Assembly: GCA_963666515.2 (NCBI GenBank)
Contig: OY762897.2
Location: forward strand, 2,688,001-2,752,000
Length of the DNA: 64,000 bases
Source: Candidatus Binatia bacterium
GTDB taxonomy: Bacteria; Desulfobacterota; Binatia; UBA9968; JAJDTQ01
Direction of reading: 5' to 3'
The notes under the pieces were generated by a model. That model worked only from the letters and a program-made list of their open reading frames with translations. It searched no databases and was not told where the DNA came from. Shown here piece by piece: positions 1 through 8,881 of this stretch. How positions within the stretch are numbered: position 1 is the first letter of the stretch; the number at the start of each line of letters is the position of its first letter. A program made the translations under genes and the position numbers.

Positions 1-1625
1 GTGGAGCGGCTGGCGCCGGTGGAGCGGTCGAACGGAGTCACGTCCGTGTTGGTCGCGCGCATGACGATCCTCTCCGGCGGAAGTCGCAGTTCCTCGGCCG
101 CCACCTGGCCCAGGACCGTGCGCGCCCCCTGCCCCACCTCGGTGCTGCCGGCCATGAGCACGACGCTGCCGTCGCTCAGGAGGCGCAGGATGGCGGTGGA
201 CACGGGCATGGCCTCGGAGTCGGTGACGCCCACGGCGATGCCGAGGTTGTCCGCCGGCGCGCCCAGCTCCTCGTCCCAGTCCACCATGGAGGCCAGCTTG
301 CGCAGGTCCATGTGCAGGTCCGCGTCCATGGGCTTGGCGCCGGGCTTCAACTCCTCGTCGGCGTGCAGCAGGTTCTTGAGCCGGAACGCCAGCGGGTCCA
401 TCTCCAGGCCCCGGGCGACGTCGTCCATGTGGGACTCCAGCGGGAAGATCGACTGGGGTCCGCCGATGGAGCGCATGGAGCCCGCAGGCGCGGTGTTGGT
501 GTACACGGCGTAGACGTCGATGCGGTAGTGGGGGATGCGGTAGGGGCCGTGGATGCGGGTGGCGACGCGCTTGGCCACCCGCGGGCCGTTGTCGGCGTAG
601 GCGCCGGTGTCCAGGTGGACCTGCGCTTCTCGCGCCACCACGGTGCCGTCACGGAGGACGCCCGTCCTGACGCGGCAGCGCGCCGAGTGGCGCCGGATGG
701 TGAGCATGGACTCGGAGGCGCTCTGGGCCAGACGCACCGGGCGGCCGGCGGCGGTCCGCGCCAGCGCTACGGCCAGGGGCTCGATCTTGAAGTAGGACTT
801 GCCGCCGAAGGCGCCGCCCACGTAGGGCACGGTCACCCGCACGTTGGGCATGGGCACCCGGAACATCTGGGCGATCTCGGCGCGGATCAGGAACGGGTGG
901 GCGGAAGATGTCCAGAGCGCGATCTCGTCGCCCTGGAACCGGGCCACCGCGGTGTGGGGCTCCAGGGAGTAGTGGCAGATCATCGGGAACTCGAAGGTGT
1001 CCTCGAAGACCGCGTCCGCCTGCTCGAAGCCCGCGGCCACGTCGCCGTCCTCCAGCCGCTCGTGGTGGCAAACGTTGCGCGGCGCTTCCTCCTCCACGGC
1101 CGCCATCTCGTGGTATTCCCCGACCAGGGCGTTGGTGTCGTGCAGCACCGGGGCGTCCGGCGCCAGGGCCTCGTCCATGGTGGCCGCCATCGGAAGGTCC
1201 CGGTAGCGCACCCGCACCAGCGACAGCGCTTCCTCGGCGACGTCGCCGCTTTCGGCAGCCACCGCCACCACCGGCTCGCCGACGTAGCGCACACGGTCGG
1301 TGGCGATGAGCGGCCGGTCCCGCAGGCAGTGGCCGTAGTAGGGGTCGATGTCGCGGACGGATTCGCGGGTGAGGACGCCGTGGACGCCTGGAAGCGCCTC
1401 GGCGTCGCCCACGCCGATGCTTTCGATCAGCGCGTGAGGAAACGGGCTGCGGAGGACCCTGCCCTCCAGCAGCCCGGGGAAATCGAGATCGGCCGTGAAC
1501 CGGGCCTTGCCGGTGACCTTCTCCACCCCTTCGGCGCGGCGGATGGATCGGCCGATGGTGGTGAACTGCCCTTCGACTTCGCTCGGCTGCGCCTCGCTAC
1601 GCTCAGGACGACCGGATGGTCTCAC
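1..1625 (-). CDS. Xanthine dehydrogenase/CoxL-family molybdopterin-binding subunit (3' end runs off window)
   Basis: Not in the ORF track because it has no stop in the window. Manual translation from GTG 1625 gives ...FTTIGRSIRRAEGVEKVTGKARFTADLDFPGLLEGRVLRSPFPHA..., later LEPH and VGGAFGGK, all typical of Mo-hydroxylase large subunits. Start uncertain. Confidence 0.9.
   Translation of the reverse strand, partial: MRPSGRPERSEAQPSEVEGQFTTIGRSIRRAEGVEKVTGKARFTADLDFPGLLEGRVLRSPFPHALIESIGVGDAEALPGVHGVLTRESVRDIDPYYGHCLRDRPLIATDRVRYVGEPVVAVAAESGDVAEEALSLVRVRYRDLPMAATMDEALAPDAPVLHDTNALVGEYHEMAAVEEEAPRNVCHHERLEDGDVAAGFEQADAVFEDTFEFPMICHYSLEPHTAVARFQGDEIALWTSSAHPFLIRAEIAQMFRVPMPNVRVTVPYVGGAFGGKSYFKIEPLAVALARTAAGRPVRLAQSASESMLTIRRHSARCRVRTGVLRDGTVVAREAQVHLDTGAYADNGPRVAKRVATRIHGPYRIPHYRIDVYAVYTNTAPAGSMRSIGGPQSIFPLESHMDDVARGLEMDPLAFRLKNLLHADEELKPGAKPMDADLHMDLRKLASMVDWDEELGAPADNLGIAVGVTDSEAMPVSTAILRLLSDGSVVLMAGSTEVGQGARTVLGQVAAEELRLPPERIVMRATNTDVTPFDRSTGASRS
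1568..1609. repeat. REP-like element, family B (copy 1)
   Basis: Reverse complement reads GTCCTGAGCGTAGCGA...GCGAAGTCGAAGGGC and matches 2939-2980. Confidence 0.7.
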
Positions 1626-1658
1626 GGTGGCGACGACTTCCGTTGGCCACGGCGCCCG

Positions 1659-2015
1659 TCACTTCTTGTCGTAGTAGCGCAACTCGAAAGTGATGCAGCC
1701 GTTGGGACTCTTGTAGGGTCCGTGCACCATGCCCGGCGGGCGGCAGCCGTACATCCCCTTGGTGAACTCCTGGTTCAGGCGGGTGTCGATGAGGCTGCCC
1801 TCGATGATGATGACCTCTTCCCAGAAATCATGCACCACGGTCTCGTCGGTTTCCACGCCTGCCGGGAAGTTGACCATGCGGGCGTAATCTCCCGTGTCCG
1901 GGTCCTCGCTCAGGATCTTCTCCATGATCCCCTCGGCCGTGGCTCCCGATCCGGCCCCCGCGGGGCGCCAGTCGATGGTGTCGGTGTCGAAAAACTCTCT
2001 TTCTTCCTTCGGCAT
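1659..2015 (-). CDS. Cupin domain protein (ChrR/cupin_7-like)
   Basis: MPKEEREFFD start after GGAGGAGAG RBS; cupin motifs HDFWEEVIIIEG and RPPGMVHGP. Confidence 0.8.
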   Translation of the reverse strand: MPKEEREFFDTDTIDWRPAGAGSGATAEGIMEKILSEDPDTGDYARMVNFPAGVETDETVVHDFWEEVIIIEGSLIDTRLNQEFTKGMYGCRPPGMVHGPYKSPNGCITFELRYYDKK

Positions 2016-2078
2016 CTCTCTCCTCCTACGGTAGTGTGCGGGCGGGTTCGAAGCCCGTCCCCCAAATTCCACGAGACG

Positions 2079-2876
2079 TCAGTCGATCAGCACCCTGTCG
2101 TTGAACGCCGAGAACGTGGTGCGGATACTCGGGATCTGCGCCAAGTCCAGCTCGCCGCGCACGACGCACTCGCCGTCGCCGCCGGCCGCCAGCGCCGTAC
2201 CCCAGGGATCGGCTACGGTGCTGTGACCGACGAAAGCCTTGCCCCGGTTGCTCCCGGTGCAGTTGCTGGAGACCAGGTAGCACTGGTTCTCCAGCGCGCG
2301 AACGCGGTTCAGCAGGAGCCAGGCCTCAAGCCGGGGGTACGGCCACGCCGACGCCACCAGGAAAACCTCGGCTCCGGCGACGGCCATCTGGCGGTAAAGC
2401 TCCGGGAAGCGCAGGTCGTAGCAGGTGGACAGCCCGAACTTGCCCAGCTCGGTATCCACCACCGTGGGCGTCCGGCCCCGTGTCAGCAGGCGCGCCTCCT
2501 CGGACTGGTACCCGAAGAGATGGATCTTGCGGTAGCTGCCGATGATCTCGCCCTGCCGGTCGATCAGAACGCTCGTGTTGTAGTACGCGCCGCCGTCCTC
2601 TTCCACGAAGCTGCCGCCGAAGAGGTAGACGCCCTTGGCCGCGGCCTTCTCGCACAGCATGGACACGGTGGGGCCGGACAGGCTCTCGCTCTCGGCGCTG
2701 TAGTCGTCAAAGGCAAAGTAGCCGACGTTCCAGATCTCGGGCAGCAGGATCAGGTCGGCGCCGTCCACGCCGTCGATCAGCGCCGCGGCGCGCCGGACGT
2801 TGGACTCCTTGCCGCCGTCGTCCATGCCCATCTGAATGGATGCGACGCGGATCCGTCGTTCTCGATTGTCAGTCAC
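2079..2876 (-). CDS. Carbon-nitrogen hydrolase (nitrilase superfamily, Nit/omega-amidase-like)
   Basis: Catalytic triad motifs LPEIW, YRKIHLF, CYDLRFPE; RALENQ. Confidence 0.9.
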   Translation of the reverse strand: MTDNRERRIRVASIQMGMDDGGKESNVRRAAALIDGVDGADLILLPEIWNVGYFAFDDYSAESESLSGPTVSMLCEKAAAKGVYLFGGSFVEEDGGAYYNTSVLIDRQGEIIGSYRKIHLFGYQSEEARLLTRGRTPTVVDTELGKFGLSTCYDLRFPELYRQMAVAGAEVFLVASAWPYPRLEAWLLLNRVRALENQCYLVSSNCTGSNRGKAFVGHSTVADPWGTALAAGGDGECVVRGELDLAQIPSIRTTFSAFNDRVLID

Positions 2877-2938
2877 CCTCTCTCTCCGTTCTTATGGGTC
2901 CTTCCGCAGGCTTGCGGCACAGCCCTCTTCTGCCGTCA

Positions 2939-2980
2939 GTCCTGAGCGTAGCGACGCGTAGCGTCGCGAAGTCGAAGGGC
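2939..2980. repeat. REP-like element, family B (copy 2)
   Basis: GTCCTGAGCGTAGCGACGCGTAGCGTCGCGAAGTCGAAGGGC. Confidence 0.7.
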
Positions 2981-2986
2981 GCGCGT

Positions 2987-3685
2987 CTACGCCAGCCAGT
3001 CAATGGGACGTATGCTGTAGCGGAACGACAGCTCGCGCCCGAGCACGTCGTCGGAAAGACGGCCCTCGAAGGTGGGCGAGAACAGCAGCTCTCCGCCCAG
3101 GCTGGGCATCGTTCCCATGTAAAGCACCATCCCGTCCAGCGCCCCGTCCTTCACCACGGACCTGACGCCGTCGAGAAAGTCGTCGATGGTCAGGAAGTCG
3201 GCCAGGGACCCCTCCTGGTAGAGCGTTCGCTGCCCGCTGACCTCGATCCAGCTCTGGAGCTTCAGCCTTTCCCAGTGTGGCCTCACGTCCGCGAGCTTCC
3301 ACACATCGCGGGACACCACCTTGGGGCAGATGACCTTGGACTTGGGGATGCTGTCCTTTTCCAGCTCACGGTCGGTGTGATCGCTGCCCACCGCGATGTA
3401 GGTCTCATCCCCCTTGAACAGGAACACCACCTCCACCTCGCCGGAAGTGTCGTCGCCCAGCACCTCTATCTCGTCGTCGGTGGTGACCAGCTCCCGGGTC
3501 ACCGCGAAATAAGCGGGGATGCGGTCCGGCGCGGCCACGCCGTGGGCCTTCAGCTCCTCCACGTGCTTCATGGCCCCTTCCCGGTTCTTCCCCGTGAACC
3601 CCGCGTCCAGGATCCGCGCCACCGGGAACTCCAGGTCGGATCGGCCGCCGTCGGCGTCAACTACCGTCAGATTAAGGGTACGCAA
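2987..3685 (-). CDS. DUF2848 family protein
   Basis: AGFTGKN...HVEEL, SGEVE and VGSDHTDRELE...SK..CPK motifs; TTG start at 3685 after GGAGAG RBS. The longer start in the track lies inside a REP repeat. Confidence 0.75.
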   Translation of the reverse strand: MRTLNLTVVDADGGRSDLEFPVARILDAGFTGKNREGAMKHVEELKAHGVAAPDRIPAYFAVTRELVTTDDEIEVLGDDTSGEVEVVFLFKGDETYIAVGSDHTDRELEKDSIPKSKVICPKVVSRDVWKLADVRPHWERLKLQSWIEVSGQRTLYQEGSLADFLTIDDFLDGVRSVVKDGALDGMVLYMGTMPSLGGELLFSPTFEGRLSDDVLGRELSFRYSIRPIDWLA

Positions 3686-3715
3686 CTTTCTCTCTCCTGT
3701 AACGTGAACATATGT

Positions 3716-3827
3716 CGAGCCCGTCATTCCGGCGAAAGCCGGAATCCAGGGGTGGCGGGGCGAAGGGTCCGCTGAACTCTCCCGGCCCGGTCCCTGGATT
3801 CCGGCTTTCGCCGGAATGACGGGCTCG
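3716..3827. repeat. REP-like palindromic doublet, family A
   Basis: Inverted arms GTCATTCCGGCGAAAGCCGGAATCCAG / CTGGATTCCGGCTTTCGCCGGAATGAC. Confidence 0.85.
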
Positions 3828-3865
3828 GGCATTTGTGGGCTATTTTCATTGTATTGATGGGACCG

Positions 3866-4861
3866 TTACGAAAAGTGCGGCGCGATCTTCTCCGCGATCA
3901 GGTCCACCTGTTCGATGTCGGGGCCGGCAGGTTGCAGCGTGACGTGCTCCATGCCGGCGTTCTCCAGTATCTTCAGCTTATCCACGATCTGGTCGACGCT
4001 GCCCACCATGTAGCACTCCTGGAGGTGGTCCCAGCTCCGGTTGCTGCCCATCATGCGCTCGACGTGGGGACGCTGGAGCCGCAGCGCCTCCTCGGGGTCC
4101 TGGGTGTCCACCACGTAGATGGCCTGCACGTGGGCGAAGCCCAGGGTGGCGGGGTCCCGGCCCGCGGATTTGAGGAACTCGCTGACGGTCTCCAAGTCGC
4201 GCTTGACCCATTCCAGCTTGCCCGAGGCGCGGCAGGTGAAGACGTCGGCGTGCTTGGCGATACGTTGCATCACGGTCTTCACCATGTAGGGCTTGTCCGG
4301 CGACAGTGCATCGGGGATGCGCGAGCCGCCGGCCACCCACACCTCCGGGTACTTGGGCGGCATGGGATCGATGGTGACGTCGTCGAACTCGAAGAACTCG
4401 CCCTTGAAGGAAACGTGCTTCTCGGTCAGAAGCAGCTTGCACGCGTCAAGGATCTCGTCAGTGCGGCGACCCCGCTCGCGCAGGTCGATGCCCATGGCGT
4501 CGAACTCGGGCTTGCTCCAGCCCGACCCCACGCCGAAAAAGAAGCGCCCGCCCGAGATGTAGTCCAGGGTGGCGATCTCCTTGGCCAGCAGCACGGGATG
4601 GCGCAACGGCAACACCAGGATGTGGGTGCCCAGCTTGATGCGCTCGGTGCACGCCGCCGCCGCCGACAGGCAGATGAGCGGGTCCATCCACGAGCCGCCG
4701 TAAAGCCCCGGCGCGTCCGTCAGGTGGTCCCACACGGTCAGGGACTCGAACCCCAGTTCCTCGGTCCGTCTGGAGTAGTCCTGCACCACGGTGTGCGCCA
4801 TCCGGTAGTCCATGTCCGGCCAAGTGTAGGTGGGGATGGTGATGCCAAGCTTGAGACTCAC
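3866..4861 (-). CDS. LLM-class (luciferase-like) flavin/F420-dependent oxidoreductase
   Basis: GFESLTVWDH, TERIKLGT, RHPVLLAKEIATLD.ISGGR, GVGSGW; GTG start after GGAG. Confidence 0.88.
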   Translation of the reverse strand: MSLKLGITIPTYTWPDMDYRMAHTVVQDYSRRTEELGFESLTVWDHLTDAPGLYGGSWMDPLICLSAAAACTERIKLGTHILVLPLRHPVLLAKEIATLDYISGGRFFFGVGSGWSKPEFDAMGIDLRERGRRTDEILDACKLLLTEKHVSFKGEFFEFDDVTIDPMPPKYPEVWVAGGSRIPDALSPDKPYMVKTVMQRIAKHADVFTCRASGKLEWVKRDLETVSEFLKSAGRDPATLGFAHVQAIYVVDTQDPEEALRLQRPHVERMMGSNRSWDHLQECYMVGSVDQIVDKLKILENAGMEHVTLQPAGPDIEQVDLIAEKIAPHFS

Positions 4862-4889
4862 GTTGACTCCTGTTGTTGCAGCGCATTTG

Positions 4890-4985
4890 GTCATTCCGGC
4901 GAAAAGCCTGCCCCGTACTTGATACCGGGCCGGAATCCGGAGCCCGTTCGTGAATTTTCTGGATTCCGGCTTTCGCCGGAATGAC
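4890..4985. repeat. REP-like doublet, family A, with nested insert
   Basis: Same arms; the left hairpin loop is interrupted by AAGCCTGCCCCGTACTTGATACCGGG. Confidence 0.8.
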
Positions 4986-5246
4986 GGGTCCGCGGAACGG
5001 CGGGTTGTTGCCGTTGACCAGAGTTTCCTTAGAAAGACTCACCCGCAATGTCAAGGAACGAGGGCGGCTGCATTTCTCCATGACTGATTGAATATTGCAG
5101 GCAATTCTACAATTGCTAATCCAATCGGAGATACGTCCGTCCGCCCCTTCCTCTTGCTTTCCTCAAGCAATCCGATACCTTGTCGCTTGTCGCCGCAGGG
5201 AGTTCGGACTCGACTACGCTCGGTGGCGAGAGAGGAGGACCGCAAC

Positions 5247-6284
5247 ATGGCAAACGTTCCGATCATCGACGCCGACGGACACATTCTCGAGGAAAACGAC
5301 GAGATCGAGGAATACTTCGAAGGGCCGTACGAGGGCCATCGCCGGCACAAGGTGTTCGGGCTGTTCCCGTCGCTGGACGGCTGGCCCCGGGGCGCGGTCA
5401 AGGGGGTCAGGAAGGCCAGCCGGACCTCGCCCGAGAGTTGGCTGGAGTTCATCGACGGGGCCGGCATCGAGGCCGCGGTGCTCTATCCCACCGCGGGCCT
5501 GGGCTTCGGGCTCATCCAGGACTCCGATTGGGCCTGCGGGCTGGCGCGGGCCTACAACAACTGGTTTCACGACAAGTACACGCGGACGAGCCCGCGCCTC
5601 AAAGGCGTCGCCATTCTGCCGGTGCACGACGTGCCGCAGGCCGTGGAGGAGCTGCGCCACGCGGTGGCCGAGCAGGGGATGGTGGCGGGCCTCCTGCCCG
5701 CGGTCAACGTGCTGCACAAGGGATTCGGTCACTCCGACTTCCACCCGCTCTACGAGGAGGCGCAGAACCTGGACTGTCCGCTGGCGATCCACGGCGCGCC
5801 GAGCCAGGGGCTCGGGTTCGACTACCTCCAGACCATGTCCATGATCCATACCCTGGAGCACCCCATCGCCCAGATGATCCAGATGGCCAGCATGGTGCTG
5901 GACGGCGTGTTCGAGCTGTTCCCGAAGCTGAAGGTGGGCTATCTGGAGGCCGGGGCCGGCTGGGTGCCGTACATGATGGAGCGCATGGACGACAAGTTCC
6001 ACGTGGACCGCAAGCGCAAGCACTTCCCGCTGAAGAAGCTGCCCAGCGAGTACGTGAAGGAAGGCAACGTCTTCGTCACCTGCGAACTGGACGAGAAGAT
6101 CCTCGACGTGGTGGCGCGGGAGATGGGCGAGGACGCCCTGATGTACCCGTCGGACTATCCGCACGAGAAGGCGGTGACGGAGTTCGGCACCGACATCCCT
6201 GAATTCCTGGAACGCCCCGACCTGTCCCAGAGCCTCAAGCAGAAGATCCTGTACGACAACGCCAAGCGGTTCTACCGGATCTAG
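5247..6284 (+). CDS. Amidohydrolase family protein (Amidohydro_2)
   Basis: IIDADGH, AYNNW, PLAIHG, YLEAGAGW and SDYPH motifs; GAGGAGG RBS. Confidence 0.9.
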   Translation: MANVPIIDADGHILEENDEIEEYFEGPYEGHRRHKVFGLFPSLDGWPRGAVKGVRKASRTSPESWLEFIDGAGIEAAVLYPTAGLGFGLIQDSDWACGLARAYNNWFHDKYTRTSPRLKGVAILPVHDVPQAVEELRHAVAEQGMVAGLLPAVNVLHKGFGHSDFHPLYEEAQNLDCPLAIHGAPSQGLGFDYLQTMSMIHTLEHPIAQMIQMASMVLDGVFELFPKLKVGYLEAGAGWVPYMMERMDDKFHVDRKRKHFPLKKLPSEYVKEGNVFVTCELDEKILDVVAREMGEDALMYPSDYPHEKAVTEFGTDIPEFLERPDLSQSLKQKILYDNAKRFYRI

Positions 6285-6303
6285 GCCCCACCGTCACCCC
6301 ATT

Positions 6304-6366
6304 CTGGATTCCGGGTCAAGCCCGGAATGACGGAAAGCGTCACCCCGGACTTGATCCGGGGTCCAG
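6304..6366. repeat. REP-like doublet, family A variant
   Basis: CTGGATTCCGGGTCAAGCCCGGAATGAC...GTCACCCCGGACTTGATCCGGGGTCCAG between convergent genes. Confidence 0.8.
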
Positions 6367-6386
6367 GGGCAGGGGGGGAGCGGCGG

Positions 6387-7832
6387 CTAGCCCAGACGCA
6401 CCGACAGGTCCGGCCGGCGGATGTAGATCTGCTTCGTCTCGGCGCGCTCGGTGAGGGACTTGATCAACCCCACGAGATTGCTGGCGCCGTTCTGGGTTCG
6501 GGGCGGCGCCTGCTGCATGGCGCGCACGTCGTCCTCGGAGGTGAAGTAGCGCAGCAGCAGCTCGTCGTCGGACACGCCGGGGCCGCCGATCTTTGTCCGC
6601 AGCTCCTTGAGCGAGGTGTCGGGCGGCTGCCAGCCGGCGAGCTCCCTGGCTCTTGGCCGGTCCAGGATGCGGTCACGCACGTCCGGGTCCATGGACGTGC
6701 ATTCCTCCTCGCCCCACACGCCCATGGCGTACTGGATCACCTCATCGGTGACCTGCTCGTAGCGCTTGCCCAGGATCACGTTGATGGCGCACTGGCTGCC
6801 GACGAACTGGGAGTACGGCGTCACCATGATGGGATAGCCGAACTCCTCCCGCACCCGGCAGGCCTCGTCCAGCACCTCGCCCAGGCGGTCGCCCATGCCG
6901 ATGTCGGCGAGCTGGTGGCGCAGGTTCGAGATCATCCCGCCGGGGACCTGGTGCTGGAAGTGGTAGGTGTCGTAGTGAAGCGGCTCGCCGATGGGGAAGC
7001 CTTCCTCCTTCGCCACCCGGGTGAAGTGCTCCGACACCGGCCGGAGGCCCTCCTCGTCGATGACCGGATCGTAGCCCAGGGCGCGGGCGTTTCGGGTGAT
7101 GTTGAACAGCGACGGATTGGACGAGCCGTCCGACAGCGGCGGCAGCGCCGCGTTGATGATGGGGATGCCTGCCTCGATGGCGTCCAGCGTGCACAGGGGT
7201 CCGAGGCCGCTGTTGCAGTGGGTGTGGAACTCCACCGGGACGCCGGCGGCGTTCTCCAGCACCACCGGGGCCAGCGAGCGGGTGCGGTCCGGGGTGAGGA
7301 GCCCGCCCGGGTCCTTGAGGCAGATGCGCTTCACCGGCAGCTTCACGGCCTCGCGGGTGCGCTCCGCGTAATACTCGTCGGTGTGCTTGGGCGAGATGGA
7401 GAAGATCAGGTTGACGATGGTGTCGAGGCCGGCCGCGGTGGCGGTGCGGACCTGCTCGGCCCACACCGCGGGCGTGTTGGAAGGGTCGGAGGTGCGCGCT
7501 TCGCTGATGCCGTTGGCCGCCAGCCGTTCGAGCCAGAGCTGCTGGATCGCCGGCGGGGTGTGCTGGAAGGCGGCCATGTAGCGGTTTCGGATGAGCCGGA
7601 GCGGCGTCCTGGGAATCTTTTCCTTGACCCGCCGCACGCGCGCCCAGGGGTCGTCCTTCAACTCGCGCACGCACTTCTTGAAGAAGGCCGAGGCGATGAT
7701 CTCCATGCCCAGGAAGCCGGCCTCGTCCATCCTGGCAGCCACCGGCAGGATCATGTCGGTGCGGATGCCCATGGCCCAGAGGCTCGACGGGCCGTCCCGC
7801 AGGGTGGTGTCGACGAAGTGGATCTCTTTCAT
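6387..7832 (-). CDS. Pyruvate carboxylase subunit B / oxaloacetate decarboxylase alpha-like carboxyltransferase
   Basis: DTTLRDG, CLKDPGGLLTP, FHTHC, HQVPGGMISNL and GYPIMVTPYSQFVG; no biotinyl (MKM) domain. Confidence 0.85.
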   Translation of the reverse strand: MKEIHFVDTTLRDGPSSLWAMGIRTDMILPVAARMDEAGFLGMEIIASAFFKKCVRELKDDPWARVRRVKEKIPRTPLRLIRNRYMAAFQHTPPAIQQLWLERLAANGISEARTSDPSNTPAVWAEQVRTATAAGLDTIVNLIFSISPKHTDEYYAERTREAVKLPVKRICLKDPGGLLTPDRTRSLAPVVLENAAGVPVEFHTHCNSGLGPLCTLDAIEAGIPIINAALPPLSDGSSNPSLFNITRNARALGYDPVIDEEGLRPVSEHFTRVAKEEGFPIGEPLHYDTYHFQHQVPGGMISNLRHQLADIGMGDRLGEVLDEACRVREEFGYPIMVTPYSQFVGSQCAINVILGKRYEQVTDEVIQYAMGVWGEEECTSMDPDVRDRILDRPRARELAGWQPPDTSLKELRTKIGGPGVSDDELLLRYFTSEDDVRAMQQAPPRTQNGASNLVGLIKSLTERAETKQIYIRRPDLSVRLG

Positions 7833-7987
7833 GGCGGGCAGCATATAAAATTCCCCAAGCTAAGGACAGCGGCGCGGTCCCCGCCGGCCGCGTTGTGGAT
7901 TCCCACGGGACGTGTTACCCGTTCATCTGGCTACGGAAGCGATCCGAACCCTCGCCTTTACAGCCCGCACACCGGGCGCCGACGAGC

Positions 7988-8863
7988 ATGGCAACAACTG
8001 AATCGAGCAAGAAGCGATGGCTCGCGGGCACCGCGGCCGTCATGCTGCTGGCCATCGCGGCCTTCGGCGTCTGGGTGTGGTCGTCGCTGGGCTACATCAC
8101 CACCGACGACGCCCGGATCAAGGCCGACATCATCACCATCAGCACCGAAGTGCCGGGCAGGATTGCCTCCCTCGGGAAAGACGAAGGCGACCCGGTGAAA
8201 CCCGGCGAGGTCATGGTGCAGCTCGACACCCGCGAGATCCGCATCCGCATCGAGCAGCACAAGGCCGCGGTGGACTATGCCCGCAGCCAACTGTTGCAGG
8301 CGGAGCGGCGGCTCGGCCATGCGGGCGACGCGCGCCGGCGCGAGATCGGGGAAGCCGGCCTGCTGGCGAGGAAGGCCCGGGTGCGGGAGGCCGAGGCCGC
8401 GTTGCGTGAGCTGGAGTTCCGGCTCGGGCTGATGACGCTGCGCAGTCCGGTGAAGGGCGTGGTGGTCAAGAAGAACGCCCATCCGGGCGAGTTCGTGCAG
8501 CCGGGCCAGCCCGTGTTCATGGTGGTGGACTCCAGCCGCTACTGGGTGGAAGCCAACGTGGACGAGACGCAGATCCGCTTCGTCAGGCCGGGCAGCAAGG
8601 CCACGGTGCGGCTGGATTCGTATCCCGGCGTCCAGTTCGACGGCGAGGTCACGGACGTGGGCGGGGCCACCACTTCCGAGTTCTCCCTTTTCTCGCCGCA
8701 GAAGCTGACCGGAGTGTTCATCAAGTCCACGCAGAAGCTCCCCGTGAAGATCGCGGTGAAGAACACCGACGGCATCCTCCGCGTCGGCATGCTCGCCGTG
8801 GTGCGGATCGAGAAGCCCGAAGGCCGGCAGGACGGACTGCAGGCCGGTGGCACAGGCCGGTAA
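7988..8863 (+). CDS. HlyD/EmrA-family efflux membrane fusion protein
   Basis: N-terminal TM; TTDDA, lipoyl-like halves, WVEANVDETQI, FSLF...TGVFIKSTQKLPVKI. Confidence 0.88.
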   Translation: MATTESSKKRWLAGTAAVMLLAIAAFGVWVWSSLGYITTDDARIKADIITISTEVPGRIASLGKDEGDPVKPGEVMVQLDTREIRIRIEQHKAAVDYARSQLLQAERRLGHAGDARRREIGEAGLLARKARVREAEAALRELEFRLGLMTLRSPVKGVVVKKNAHPGEFVQPGQPVFMVVDSSRYWVEANVDETQIRFVRPGSKATVRLDSYPGVQFDGEVTDVGGATTSEFSLFSPQKLTGVFIKSTQKLPVKIAVKNTDGILRVGMLAVVRIEKPEGRQDGLQAGGTGR

Positions 8864-8881
8864 CGACCGGCCCGCCGCGCC

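Noticed and set aside
312-2945. 877-aa plus-strand ORF and similar long ORFs (7958..10258, 23974..25785, 41910..43988, 48163..51759)
   Set aside because: They are antisense shadows of real genes in high-GC DNA, with no motifs, and fully overlap well-supported CDS on the opposite strand.
3686-3832. N-terminal extension MPEPVIPAKAGIQ... of DUF2848
   Set aside because: It is a translation of the REP doublet; a TTG start with a good RBS exists at 3685.
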